From assembly GCA_002376875.1 (NCBI GenBank), contig DFOT01000012.1, positions 34,357-98,356 on the forward strand: 64,000 nt of DNA, read 5' to 3'. Shown piece after piece: positions 39,830 to 49,378 of this stretch (the stretch's first letter is position 1; every line of letters begins with the position of its first letter). The notes beneath the pieces are model-generated. The model was not told where the DNA came from. It saw only the letters and a list, made by a program, of their open reading frames with translations, and ran no database searches. The translations under genes and the position numbers were made by a program. The DNA comes from Opitutia bacterium UBA3534. Its GTDB lineage: Bacteria; Verrucomicrobiota; Verrucomicrobiia; Opitutales; UBA3534.

Positions 39830-40909
39830 TTATTCCACTGGAGTGGGGGATTTGCATTTCTCCAACACAGCTTGAGCAATTTTAAGAAATTCTTCAGTTG
39901 CTGGAGCATCGGGGTTGCTTAAAACAATGGGGATCCCTCGGTCTGAGCCGATACGGATGTGGGAATCGAGGGGGATTTGCCCTAAGAGCTCTGTTTGTAG
40001 GTCCTGAGCGGTTCTCAGCCCTCCGCCTTCGCCAAAAATGGACTCTTTTTCCCTGGTGACAGGGTCGATGATTCCACTCATGTTCTCAATAACGCCCATG
40101 ATGGGGACGTCGACTTTTCCGAACATCATGGCCCCTCTGCGTGCTACGTTAACTGCAGCAGTTTGTGGGGTAGTCACGATGAGGGCAGCCTCGAGAGGGA
40201 AGGTTTGGACTAGGGAAAGTTGGGTATCCCCGGTTCCTGGGGGTAAATCAATGATCAATACCTCTAGTTCGCCCCATTTTACCTGAGTTGCGAATTGTTG
40301 GAGGGTCTTCATTATCATAGGCCCTCGCCAGACTACAGGGGCGTCTTCATCAATTAAAAAGCCCATAGACATCGTCCGGATGCCGAAATTCTCGAGGGGG
40401 ATGATAAGGTCATTTTCTACATAAGGGCGTTGATTAACCCCTAGCATTAGAGGGATAGAGGGGCCATAAATATCACAATCAAGGATGCCTACGGCATTTT
40501 CTTTGCCTTGGGCACTCAGGAGCTGATCTAAGGCGCAAGCCAGGTTTACACTGGTGGTAGATTTGCCTACGCCACCCTTGCCGCTAGCGACTGCAATGAT
40601 GTGTTTAATGCCGCCTAAAGTAGAGGGGAGAGCATCTTTATCTTTAGAGGCCTTGAGGGGTTGTTTGTGCTCTTGGGCCTCGAGGGTGATTTCAAGCGTT
40701 GTAACTTCTGCTAGGCTTTGGAGCTTTTCTTCGACAGCTGTTTTGATCTGTTCCGGGATAGTGCTGTCACTGCTAGTAATCGCTAGGGCAACAGTAGCTT
40801 TCCCTTCCTCAAACAGGACATTGCGCACAATCCCAAAGGAGACAATATCCCGGCTAAAGCCTGGATACTTGATGGTTTTCAATGCGGCCTGAATCGCGTC
40901 AATACTCAT
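39830..40909 (-). CDS. Fe-S cluster carrier ATPase (Mrp/ApbC/NBP35 family)
   Basis: N-terminal DUF59-like KYPGFSRDIVSFGIV, deviant Walker A ASGKGGVGKSTTSVNLA, ParA/MinD fold. Confidence 0.92.
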   Translation of the reverse strand: MSIDAIQAALKTIKYPGFSRDIVSFGIVRNVLFEEGKATVALAITSSDSTIPEQIKTAVEEKLQSLAEVTTLEITLEAQEHKQPLKASKDKDALPSTLGGIKHIIAVASGKGGVGKSTTSVNLACALDQLLSAQGKENAVGILDCDIYGPSIPLMLGVNQRPYVENDLIIPLENFGIRTMSMGFLIDEDAPVVWRGPMIMKTLQQFATQVKWGELEVLIIDLPPGTGDTQLSLVQTFPLEAALIVTTPQTAAVNVARRGAMMFGKVDVPIMGVIENMSGIIDPVTREKESIFGEGGGLRTAQDLQTELLGQIPLDSHIRIGSDRGIPIVLSNPDAPATEEFLKIAQAVLEKCKSPTPVE

Positions 40910-41009
40910 AAGGATTAATCTGGTATAAGTTACTCACTAAATCAAACAAAACATTGTCTCGCGGCTATCCTCTCTTGTACAATTGGCTACTATTATTTAG
41001 CAAGACCTT

Positions 41010-42224
41010 ATGAAGCGTTATTTTGGGATTATTCTTATTGTTATTTTTTCGGGCGTGAGTGCTTTACTGGCCCAGTATGAAACATTTATTGATGCAGGAG
41101 AGCTGACTTTCCATGCTAAAGAGCAGGCTAAACCGATTACGATTACTTCTCGTAATCCTGAGATTGAGGCGCTCGCGAAGAAGGCCTTTGCTTTACATGG
41201 GGGGTATCAGCTAAGTCCGCAGGAGGATTCGATATTTGTCTTTCGTTTAACAGAGGTGAAGCAAAATACCTTGCAGTTAATCATAGAGTCGGGTTGGCCT
41301 CGTCAGATTATTTACCAGACTAAGGTTACGGGGAAAGACTTCCGTGAAACAGTCCTGAAAACCTGTGATTTAATCGTTCTAAAAACCTTAGGCATTCCTG
41401 GGTTCTTTCAGGGCAAGCTTGCTTTTGTAGGGGAGCGCCCCCCGGCAGGCCCTAAAGAAGTATTTACGAGTGATTTGTTTTTCACCCATGTTCAGCAGAT
41501 TACTAGTGATAACTCTGATTCGGTAACGCCACGATGGTCTCCAGATGGAAAAAAGATCCTTTATACGGGCTATTACCGTACTGGCTTTCCTGATATCTTT
41601 CAGATCGATTTACAAACGGGCAACCGGCACCCATTTGCAACCTACCAAGGTACTAATACAGGAGGGGTTTATGACCCCACAGGTAAGCGAGTCGCTATGG
41701 TGCTTTCTTCTACAGGAACGCCTGAGCTTTATGTGAGTGATGCTCGCGGTAAGGCAATGCACCGCTTAACGCGTAATAATAGTCTAAAGGCCTCACCCTC
41801 ATGGTCACCTCATGGGGATCGCTTATTGCTCACCTCTGATGAGATGGGGGCCCCGCAGATTTATCAAATATCCTCCCAGGGGGGTATGTTACGCCGGGTG
41901 CCTACTAATATTAGTAAATATTGTGCTGAGCCTGCCTGGAACCCAAGGAATGCTAACCTTTTCGTGTTTACTGTAGCAGTCGCTGGGTCTTTTCAGTTAG
42001 CACTTTTTGACTTTGAGAAAGGCACAAGTCGTTTTATTACTCAAGGTAAGGCAGATAATCTTGAAGCTTCTTGGGCAAATGATGGTCGTCATATTATTTT
42101 TACACGCCGTACGCCCAACGCGCGCCACTTGTATATTATGGATACTGAAACAGGTAAGGAGGCTTTGTTGAGTTCCGGAAGTTTTGGAAATGCATCCGAA
42201 GCACACTTTGTGTATGCACCTTAA
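41010..42224 (+). CDS. Periplasmic TolB-like beta-propeller protein
   Basis: Signal peptide followed by repeated PD40/WD40-like blades (PRWSPDGKKILY, PSWSPHGDRLLL, PAWNPRNANLFVF, ASWANDGRHIIFT). Confidence 0.8.
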   Translation: MKRYFGIILIVIFSGVSALLAQYETFIDAGELTFHAKEQAKPITITSRNPEIEALAKKAFALHGGYQLSPQEDSIFVFRLTEVKQNTLQLIIESGWPRQIIYQTKVTGKDFRETVLKTCDLIVLKTLGIPGFFQGKLAFVGERPPAGPKEVFTSDLFFTHVQQITSDNSDSVTPRWSPDGKKILYTGYYRTGFPDIFQIDLQTGNRHPFATYQGTNTGGVYDPTGKRVAMVLSSTGTPELYVSDARGKAMHRLTRNNSLKASPSWSPHGDRLLLTSDEMGAPQIYQISSQGGMLRRVPTNISKYCAEPAWNPRNANLFVFTVAVAGSFQLALFDFEKGTSRFITQGKADNLEASWANDGRHIIFTRRTPNARHLYIMDTETGKEALLSSGSFGNASEAHFVYAP

Positions 42225-42300
42225 TAAACTGTGATACAAGTTGTAATACTTTACGCAAAAACTGTTTAGTTTTTTAACAATTTTTTGTTGACACTTATTG

Positions 42301-42333
42301 CTTGCTCTAATTTTCTTAGGGCAAGTTTTTTTT
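42301..42333 (+). terminator. Rho-independent terminator downstream of the tolB-like gene
   Basis: 10-bp stem CTTGCTCTAA / TTAGGGCAAG (one G-U pair), 5-nt loop TTTTC, then T8. Confidence 0.8.
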
Positions 42334-42628
42334 AACCTCGTTTTTTTTATGTACAACCCCGATTTAAATTTTAAGAGAGTGCCCTGCTTCAGGTTATGTG
42401 ACTGTTCAGCAAGGTGTGGGGAGAAAATCCTTGCTGTTGGGGTATGTGGACATAACTCAAGAAAACACATTACGCTGTTAGCGTAAAAAGGGCCTCTCGA
42501 ATGGAGTCCGGGTTTTTAGCCTTAAGAATTGCTCTAGGGGTAGGCAATAGGCTAAAGGCCCGCGGCTTACATTTCCCCATAGTATTGAAGGAACCGTAAC
42601 GGGCTTGCTTCGGAGCTTATAATTTTCC

Positions 42629-43849
42629 TTACAATGCTAGTGGCTTAGGTTTTTTGCTTCTTACAAATACAAAGAATACAGCAATCATAATGAGGGATAC
42701 TGCTGTAAATAACAAAGGCATGGGAAGTGTCGTGTCGTTGTGCAAGCTCCCCATAACAAAGGTTGTCCCTGCGATTACCGAGTAATAGAGACATCCAAAT
42801 AAGGAAGCAGCCGTACCTACCATGTGGCCATAATCCTCAAGCGCTGCGCTTAGGCAATTAGGAAGTATCATGGAAATCGCAAAGAACAAAGTTGCGATGA
42901 TCATGATAACAGTGATTGTAATCAAGAGCCCGTGGGCGCGGTCGACATAACCATAATAGGCTAATCCGCTGAGGAATAGCGAAGCCCCAAAGAGGATGAG
43001 GCACCCAAGTAAGATGATGGACTCGTAATGTATGTTAAAGGCATGGAGCCTGCGTGAGGCCCAGCCTCCCACAATAACTGGGATTGCAAAGAGTAAGGCG
43101 AGGGTCCCATAAAAACTAGGGGAAAGCCCTAGCATTTCAATGAAGTAGAAAGGCCCTTCGGCATAGTAAGAAAACATGATGCCACTTGCCGTTCCGATCA
43201 AGAAACCTAAGGCAAGCCCTCGAACATCACGCAGGATGATCTTAGCTCCTTTACGAAAGGAAGTATGCCCTTCTGGAGTTCTTCGCTTAGTATGAGTTTC
43301 GGGGAGGTATTTTATGAAAGTGTAAAGCGATACAGCCGTAAAAATCATCAGTAATAAAAATACAGCGCGCCAGCCAAAGTATTCATCCGTGAAGCCTCCT
43401 ATAAAAGGCCCTAACCCTGGTGAAAGGGAAAACGCTACGGTCATTACCGAAAATACTTTTGCTAGGTCTTTTCCTGAAAAACTATCTCGGACAATCGATT
43501 GCCATGAAATTGTCCCGACACTTCCACCAAGTGCTTGGATGAAGCGAAAGATCATCAGTGAGGTAATGCTTTGAGCTTGCCAGCAGCCTAGGGTACCTAA
43601 GAAAAAAATACTAAAACCCCCAACAATGATAGGTTTGCGCCCGAAGCGGTCTGAGAGGTTTCCCCAAAACAGTAGGCCCAAGGCAAAAGCAAGCAGGTAA
43701 ATAGTAAGGGTGTATTCAACGGCATTGTCAGAGGTATTGAGTGCTTCAGCGACATGAGGGAGCGAAGGGCTGTAGATAGTTTCCCCAATTTGAGGCAAAA
43801 GCATGATCATGCCGACCATCCATAAGGCAGGGCGCTTGACTATATCCAT
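42629..43849 (-). CDS. MFS transporter (Bcr/CflA-like), paralogue-type of 5919-7118
   Basis: 406 aa with about 12 TM. Loop motif SDRFGRKPIIVGG. Confidence 0.85.
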   Translation of the reverse strand: MDIVKRPALWMVGMIMLLPQIGETIYSPSLPHVAEALNTSDNAVEYTLTIYLLAFALGLLFWGNLSDRFGRKPIIVGGFSIFFLGTLGCWQAQSITSLMIFRFIQALGGSVGTISWQSIVRDSFSGKDLAKVFSVMTVAFSLSPGLGPFIGGFTDEYFGWRAVFLLLMIFTAVSLYTFIKYLPETHTKRRTPEGHTSFRKGAKIILRDVRGLALGFLIGTASGIMFSYYAEGPFYFIEMLGLSPSFYGTLALLFAIPVIVGGWASRRLHAFNIHYESIILLGCLILFGASLFLSGLAYYGYVDRAHGLLITITVIMIIATLFFAISMILPNCLSAALEDYGHMVGTAASLFGCLYYSVIAGTTFVMGSLHNDTTLPMPLLFTAVSLIMIAVFFVFVRSKKPKPLAL

Positions 43850-43861
43850 AGAGCTATTCTC

Positions 43862-44617
43862 TTACAACGGACACTCCGTTTCAATGAAGGTATGTTCTAA
43901 GCCAAATTTTTCAGCTACGGCCTGAGCCAGGTTTTGTACCCCGAAAACTTCTGTTGCGTAGTGTCCGCACAAATAAATGTTTAAATTGTGTTCTTGTGCA
44001 AAGTTAAAGTGCTGCTGTTTAAGCTCTCCAGTAATAAAAGTGTCTATCCCGTATGAGGCTAGTTCCGGAAGGGCACTGGCTCCGCTGCCCGAGCAAATCC
44101 CGATCCGTTGAGGGGTTTCTGGCCCGAAGCACAACCCAGTAAAGCCTTTAGAGAAGAGAGTATTGAGGCGTTTTTCAAGTTCGGTTCGGTCTGCCTCTAG
44201 GGTAGTAAGCGGCATCATATCCACTCCTTCATAAGGGAGGATCCAGTCTTGAACAGAAAGCCCTAGTTGATTGGCTATTGAAATATTATTGCCTAGGCTT
44301 TGATGGCAGTCCAGGGGGAGGTGGCTGCTGTACAGGGCAATATTGTTCTCGAAGAGCGCTTTGAGCTTTTGGTAGCAGGGGCCTGTGATAGATTCCATAG
44401 GGCTCCAGAAAAGTCCATGGTGGACAATCAGAAAATCAACACCAGCAGCAGCAGTTTTTTCAAAAGGAATAAGACCTGCGTCCACTGCAGCTGCAACCTT
44501 GCTGACCGTCCCATTATTTTGGCACTGCAAGCCATTGGCGGCTCCTGGGAAGTCTGTGACTTCAAGGCGGTTCACCGCAGTATCACAAAAGGCTACGATT
44601 TCTGACAATTCAGGCAT
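43862..44617 (-). CDS. Nif3/YbgI-family dinuclear-metal protein
   Basis: LIVHHGLFW and CGHYATEVFG motifs. ATG at 44617. Confidence 0.85.
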   Translation of the reverse strand: MPELSEIVAFCDTAVNRLEVTDFPGAANGLQCQNNGTVSKVAAAVDAGLIPFEKTAAAGVDFLIVHHGLFWSPMESITGPCYQKLKALFENNIALYSSHLPLDCHQSLGNNISIANQLGLSVQDWILPYEGVDMMPLTTLEADRTELEKRLNTLFSKGFTGLCFGPETPQRIGICSGSGASALPELASYGIDTFITGELKQQHFNFAQEHNLNIYLCGHYATEVFGVQNLAQAVAEKFGLEHTFIETECPL

Positions 44618-44703
44618 GTGTTTATTATAGAGAAATGAAAGGCACCACCTCAATCCTTATTCAAGGGTACTCCCTGAGTTGACAATATGTTATCTTTTGT
44701 CTT

Positions 44704-45381
44704 ATGTTAATCTGTATGCACACAGCAAAAGCAGTTATCTTTGACATGGACGGTCTTATGGTGGACACAGAGCAGATAGCTCTGCGGGCGAATGCAATTG
44801 CCGTAGAAGAGCTTGGGGTGCCTCTGGATCGGTCTGTCTTTTTTCAATTTGTAGGGAAGTCTCCTGCGGGTTGCTGTGATGTCCTTAAAGAGGTTTTGGG
44901 GGTCGATGGCCCGTGGCAGCAATTTTGGGATTGTGCCTGTGGGCATTATCACCGGTTCGTTCGGGAAGAGCCGCTTACCACAAAGCCAGGGCTGTTTGAA
45001 TTGCTTGATTATTTAGATGCCCAAGAGATCCCATGGGGAGTAGGAACTTCCACAGGCAAAGAGCTTGCGCACTTGAAACTCAACAAGATTGGGGTGGGAG
45101 ATCGCCCCCATTGTGTGGTGAGTAGTACTTGCGTTCCTGAGGCCAAACCAGCACCAGATATTTTCTTAAAGGCCGCCACCCTTTTGGGGGTAGCTAATAA
45201 GGACTGTATTGTTTTAGAAGACTCTGAACCAGGGATTCGCGCCGCGCACACTGCAGGAATGCGTCCTGTCCATATTCCAGACCTTATCCCCTCGAGTGAC
45301 TTTATTAGGGACGTTGCTTACGGGATTTATGGGTCTTTGGATGACTTCTTGGGGGATCTCCAAGAAGCTCGTGCCTCATAA
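44704..45381 (+). CDS. HAD-superfamily phosphatase
   Basis: Motif I IFDMDGLMVDTE, KPAPDIF, motif IV LEDSEPGIRAAHTAGM. Confidence 0.8.
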   Translation: MLICMHTAKAVIFDMDGLMVDTEQIALRANAIAVEELGVPLDRSVFFQFVGKSPAGCCDVLKEVLGVDGPWQQFWDCACGHYHRFVREEPLTTKPGLFELLDYLDAQEIPWGVGTSTGKELAHLKLNKIGVGDRPHCVVSSTCVPEAKPAPDIFLKAATLLGVANKDCIVLEDSEPGIRAAHTAGMRPVHIPDLIPSSDFIRDVAYGIYGSLDDFLGDLQEARAS

Positions 45382-46023
45382 GTGCTCTACAGGCTTTTTT
45401 CGGTTAGGGTAGCAAGTACGGCAAATTTCACACTCTAAGCCGAAGCAGGCACGTGCGGGACAATACTCGCGTGCGTAGTAAATAATTTGAAGGTGTAGCG
45501 CAATCCAAGCTTCCTTCGGGAAGAGGCGTTTCAGGTCGCGTTCAGTTTGCACGACGCTTTTGCCGTTGCTTAGTCCCCAACGTAGTGCACTGCGGTGGAT
45601 GTGGGTGTCCACAGGAAAGGCAGGGATCCGGAAAGCTTGTGCGAGTACGACAGAGGCTGTCTTGTGTCCAACACTTGGGAGTGCTTCAAGATCTTCAAAT
45701 GTCTGGGGGACTTTTCCCTCATGTTTTTCAATCAAGATTTTGGATAAGCCCACAATACCCTTGGATTTCATCGGGGATAGCCCACACGGACGGATAATTT
45801 CTTGGACTTGCTCAACCGAAAGCTTGGCCATGGCCTGTGGGGTATCCGCCAAGGCGAAGAGTTTCGGCGTTACTTGGTTTACGCGCTCATCCGTACAGCG
45901 TGCAGAAAGCAGTACTGCAATCAGTAAGGTGTAAGGGTCAACATGCTTAAGCGGAGGGAGCGGGTCAGGGTAGAGTTCACCTAAGCGTTTTTGTATAAAG
46001 GCTACACGCTCCTTTAGATTCAT
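45376..46023 (-). CDS. nth: Endonuclease III
   Basis: HhH-GPD element LPSVGHKTASVVL, VDTHIHR, Cys-rich C-terminus. Confidence 0.9.
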   Translation of the reverse strand: MNLKERVAFIQKRLGELYPDPLPPLKHVDPYTLLIAVLLSARCTDERVNQVTPKLFALADTPQAMAKLSVEQVQEIIRPCGLSPMKSKGIVGLSKILIEKHEGKVPQTFEDLEALPSVGHKTASVVLAQAFRIPAFPVDTHIHRSALRWGLSNGKSVVQTERDLKRLFPKEAWIALHLQIIYYAREYCPARACFGLECEICRTCYPNRKKPVEHL

Positions 46024-46025
46024 TT

Positions 46026-46637
46026 TTAAACTTTGGTTTGTGGAGGCTCTGGCTCTTGGGCCATTGTTTCTGATAAATTAGGCATAGGCGCTAAGGGCGG
46101 AATAAAAAGCCCGACTTCTTCAAGGGATTTGATAATCTCTTGCGCGCGCTTTTCACCTGTAGCCACAGCCTCTAGCTTTTTAGCAAATTCCATCACGAAC
46201 ATTCCAATCATAGAAACTGTTTCGAGGATTACTGTTTTATTAACCTCACGGTCTTTTGAGGCTAATACATACTGAAAGTAAAGGGTGCCTTGGTTGATAT
46301 CCAACCCAAAAGCCCCGATAGGGATAATACGATTGAGCATAAGGACAAGCTTCGACAGCTCAGGAACCGTAATGGGGCTAGCCGTGAAGGGGAAGGTCAA
46401 GAAATGTTGCAGAAGCGCTGCATCCTCTTCTTTTTCTTCTAGCTCCATGATATTTGTCAGGTCATTGACAAAGAGCATTTGGAGTACAAAGGGACGCTTT
46501 TGCTCATCCTCTCCCAGGGAGATAAACAGTTGATCAAAGGGGACCTCTTCGCTTTTTTCGTTAAGGTAAACAGCAAAATCATCAGCTTCAAGGGTTTTAG
46601 CGATGCGGTCTAGCGGGGGTTGTGCGGGTGCTTTCAT
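46026..46637 (-). CDS. Hypothetical acidic cytoplasmic protein
   Basis: 203 aa, strongly D/E-rich, no TM or signal peptide, no catalytic motif. 2-nt gap to nth and 22-nt gap to trmH. Confidence 0.8.
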   Translation of the reverse strand: MKAPAQPPLDRIAKTLEADDFAVYLNEKSEEVPFDQLFISLGEDEQKRPFVLQMLFVNDLTNIMELEEKEEDAALLQHFLTFPFTASPITVPELSKLVLMLNRIIPIGAFGLDINQGTLYFQYVLASKDREVNKTVILETVSMIGMFVMEFAKKLEAVATGEKRAQEIIKSLEEVGLFIPPLAPMPNLSETMAQEPEPPQTKV

Positions 46638-46659
46638 AGTATGATTTTTAAGGATAATA

Positions 46660-47463
46660 TTAGCCTTTTCGTTGGCGTAAGGCTTCGTATAAAGTGAGGA
46701 CTGCTGCTGTTGAGATGTTTAAGGAGTCAGCTTTTCCTTCTAGGGGGATCGTTACTTGTGTGTCGGCCTGATTGAGCCAGTGTTCATCTAGGCCATCTTT
46801 TTCTGAGCCCATAAGGATCGCTGTGGGTTGCCTTAAGTCAGCATCCCAATAGTGTGTAGAGGCCTGAGGCGTTGTAGCTATTAAATGAATGGTGTTCTCT
46901 TTTAGGAAAGTATGGATTTCTTCAGCGCTTGCAACCACGATGGGCAAGGAGAATAGAAGCCCCTGAGAGGCACGTACCACATTGGGGTTAAAAATATCTG
47001 TGATAGGGTTGCATAAAATCAGCGCATCAGCTCCAGTAGCTTCGACAGAACGCATTAGGCTGCCGAGGTTTCCAGGCTTTTCAATGCTATCGGCAATCAC
47101 AAGGAGCGGATTGCTTGAAAGTTTTATTTCTTTTAGGGACGTTTCCCAGGTCTGAGCCACTCCAAGTAAGCCATCAGGGCTTTCACGGTGTGTAATCTTG
47201 TCAAAGACACTCGGGGTGAGTTCTATAAGAGGTATAGTCAGTTCCTGGGCTTTATCGATTAGCAAAGCCGCTTCATCATTACGGAAGTAGTCCGAGCAAA
47301 AATAGAGCTCTTTGAGTGGCTTTTGGCAATCTAGGGCATGGCTAAGCTCGCGCAAGCCCTCGATCAGGAATTCATTATGGCGGTTGCGTTCGCTCCGGTT
47401 ACGCAGTTTAACTAAGTGTTTAATGCGCGGGTTCTGGCGGCTCTGGATGCTTGAAATAGACAT
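46660..47463 (-). CDS. SpoU/TrmH-family RNA 2'-O-methyltransferase
   Basis: Motifs EKPGNLGSLMRSVEATGA, LMGSEKDGL, ADSLNISTAAVL. Starts 24 nt after the sctU stop. Confidence 0.88.
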   Translation of the reverse strand: MSISSIQSRQNPRIKHLVKLRNRSERNRHNEFLIEGLRELSHALDCQKPLKELYFCSDYFRNDEAALLIDKAQELTIPLIELTPSVFDKITHRESPDGLLGVAQTWETSLKEIKLSSNPLLVIADSIEKPGNLGSLMRSVEATGADALILCNPITDIFNPNVVRASQGLLFSLPIVVASAEEIHTFLKENTIHLIATTPQASTHYWDADLRQPTAILMGSEKDGLDEHWLNQADTQVTIPLEGKADSLNISTAAVLTLYEALRQRKG

Positions 47464-47487
47464 TTTCCGTATTCAATAAGACCGTAT

Positions 47488-48576
47488 CTATTCATTTTCC
47501 AAATGCTCTTGCAAGGCTTTTTCTTGCATGTATTCCTTAGCCCAGCGTAGGACCTCAGCAACGGGCTTAATTAATTCGGCGGGGATGGCCTCCTCAAGCT
47601 CGACTTTATTATAAAGGTCATGCGCTAGGGGGACATTCTGGATGCGTGGGATCCTCTCTTTATCAGCAATTTCCATGATTTTATGGGCCAGTACCCCCAT
47701 TCCTTTGGCCACAACTTTGGGGAGCTCTTCTTCATTCTCATAGTCGTAGTATAGGGCAATGGCATAGTGAGTTGGGTTAGTCACCACAACACTTGATTTC
47801 TTAGTGTTTTGGACGGCTTCCTGCATCATGATTTCGCGGTGGATCTGCTTACGCTTACCTTTTATTTGAGGGTCCCCTTCGGATTCTTTATATTCTCGCT
47901 TAAGCTCATCTTTAGTCATTTTGAGCTCGTTCCAGTGTTGGCGCTTCTGGAACAAATAGTCCGCTACAGCTACAAGAACATAGGCTAAGATAACATAGAT
48001 CGAGAAAATCTTAAGCAATTGTGGGAGCATAGCCATCACACCTTCAATCCCTGTGGGGGGGATTTTAAAGAGCGACCCAATGAGGCTGCGGATGACGTAA
48101 AAGAGAATAACCCCCAGTAGAAGGACTTTGAAGGTCGACTTTAAGAACTCGAAGGCATTCTTTTTAGAAAAGATTTTCTTGGCCCCTTCAGCAGGATTGA
48201 GTTTTTTAAGCTCGGGTTTGAGGGGCTCCCAGGATACGAGAAAGCCTACCTGGATGATATTCGTTAAAAGAGCGGTAACAACAACAACCCCTAAAATCGG
48301 GAAACTCATCCACATGAATTTAACGGCAGTTCCCATAATCACGTTACCCATGGCTTCCTTAAAGGGCATGGTATAGAATAGCGTAGGGAGGGTGATCATC
48401 TCCATGAGGTGTTTGAACATCGAAACCCAAAATATGGAGATAAAGTAAAAGCAGGCAAAAAGAATAGCAGTTGAGTTGAAGTCTTTACTGTTAGAGACCT
48501 GACCCTTCTTGCGGGCGTCCCTAAGCCTCTTGGGTGTAGGGTCTTCAGTTTTTTCGCCAGTGGATGACTCGCTCAC
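47488..48576 (-). CDS. sctU: T3SS export-apparatus switch protein SctU (YscU/FlhB family)
   Basis: N-terminal EKTEDPTPKRLRDARKKGQV, 4 TM, NPTH autocleavage site (VVTNPTHYAIAL). Confidence 0.95.
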   Translation of the reverse strand: MSESSTGEKTEDPTPKRLRDARKKGQVSNSKDFNSTAILFACFYFISIFWVSMFKHLMEMITLPTLFYTMPFKEAMGNVIMGTAVKFMWMSFPILGVVVVTALLTNIIQVGFLVSWEPLKPELKKLNPAEGAKKIFSKKNAFEFLKSTFKVLLLGVILFYVIRSLIGSLFKIPPTGIEGVMAMLPQLLKIFSIYVILAYVLVAVADYLFQKRQHWNELKMTKDELKREYKESEGDPQIKGKRKQIHREIMMQEAVQNTKKSSVVVTNPTHYAIALYYDYENEEELPKVVAKGMGVLAHKIMEIADKERIPRIQNVPLAHDLYNKVELEEAIPAELIKPVAEVLRWAKEYMQEKALQEHLENE

Positions 48577-49364
48577 GTTAAGGTGTGTTTAAAGGTTTCG
48601 ACAAAGACTTCGTATTGCACCCATTCGCGCTGTAAGAAGCTGAAAAGGTATTTGAGGTAGATGACCAGCATGAATAACCCCACAGCACTTTTTACAGGCA
48701 TGGATAGGAAGAATACATTCAGCTGGGGTGCAAAGCGGTTAATCAGCCCAAAGCCAAACTCGGTAAGGAAAACCAGGATAACAATAGGTGCAGCTAGAAC
48801 GAATGTTTGGCGGATAATGTGGTCTGCGTATTGGAGGAAAAAAAGCGGGAAGCTAGGTTTGAGTGTGGGCAGGAAGGAGAACACAGGCCAGATCTCATAA
48901 CTCCCGTAGACAACCGCAAGCAAACTAATAAACCCACCCCCAATGAAGAAAAATGCCACCATGAGGCGCCCAAACATAAGTCCGAAAGGAGAAGTATCGT
49001 TCCCGGTTAGGGGGTCAAATACAGAGGCCATTGTCGCTCCGCGCTGATTATCAATCAAGAAGCCAATGTTTTGAGCGATCCAGAAGACACTTCCAGCTAA
49101 GTAACCTAAAAGCGCTCCAATGATAACTTCCTTGATGATGATCCCCCCGAGCTCCATTACAGGGAGTGGCTCTGCCGGCATCATCGGAACAATCATCGGG
49201 ACTAATATAAGCGAGAAGCTAATCAGTGTTGCATTACGCGAGACACCTTGGATGAATTGAGTCGCGTAGAAAGGGACCACCATGAAAAGCGCAGTGATGC
49301 GTACCATGCTTAGGAGCAAAGGGTAGACAATGGCTTTAATGGCTTCTACAGTTCCCGCATCCAT
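48573..49364 (-). CDS. sctT: T3SS export-apparatus protein SctT (YscT/FliR family)
   Basis: Polytopic membrane protein following sctS. ATG at 49364 preceded by GAGG. The ORF-track start at 49448 would overlap sctS. Confidence 0.9.
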   Translation of the reverse strand: MDAGTVEAIKAIVYPLLLSMVRITALFMVVPFYATQFIQGVSRNATLISFSLILVPMIVPMMPAEPLPVMELGGIIIKEVIIGALLGYLAGSVFWIAQNIGFLIDNQRGATMASVFDPLTGNDTSPFGLMFGRLMVAFFFIGGGFISLLAVVYGSYEIWPVFSFLPTLKPSFPLFFLQYADHIIRQTFVLAAPIVILVFLTEFGFGLINRFAPQLNVFFLSMPVKSAVGLFMLVIYLKYLFSFLQREWVQYEVFVETFKHTLT

Positions 49365-49378
49365 TGTTACTGCCTCGG

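Noticed and set aside
42298-42486. 62-aa plus-strand ORF ending ..KHITLLA, which briefly suggested a tmRNA tag-like reading frame. The 157-aa minus-strand ORF at 41997-42470 was considered with it.
   Set aside because: No tRNA-like acceptor or T-arm (GGTTCGAATCC..CCA) flanks the region, and the ORF starts inside a terminator hairpin. The minus-strand ORF overlaps the tolB-like gene end and has implausible composition. Both are treated as non-coding.
42503-42570. Short matches to RNase P RNA conserved strings (AGTCCGGG, GGGTAGGC, GGCTTA) in the correct order.
   Set aside because: They lie within about 70 nt of each other, whereas in RNase P RNA they are separated by more than 200 nt. The GAGGAAAGTCC and GGTAAGAGCGCACC-type cores are absent on both strands.
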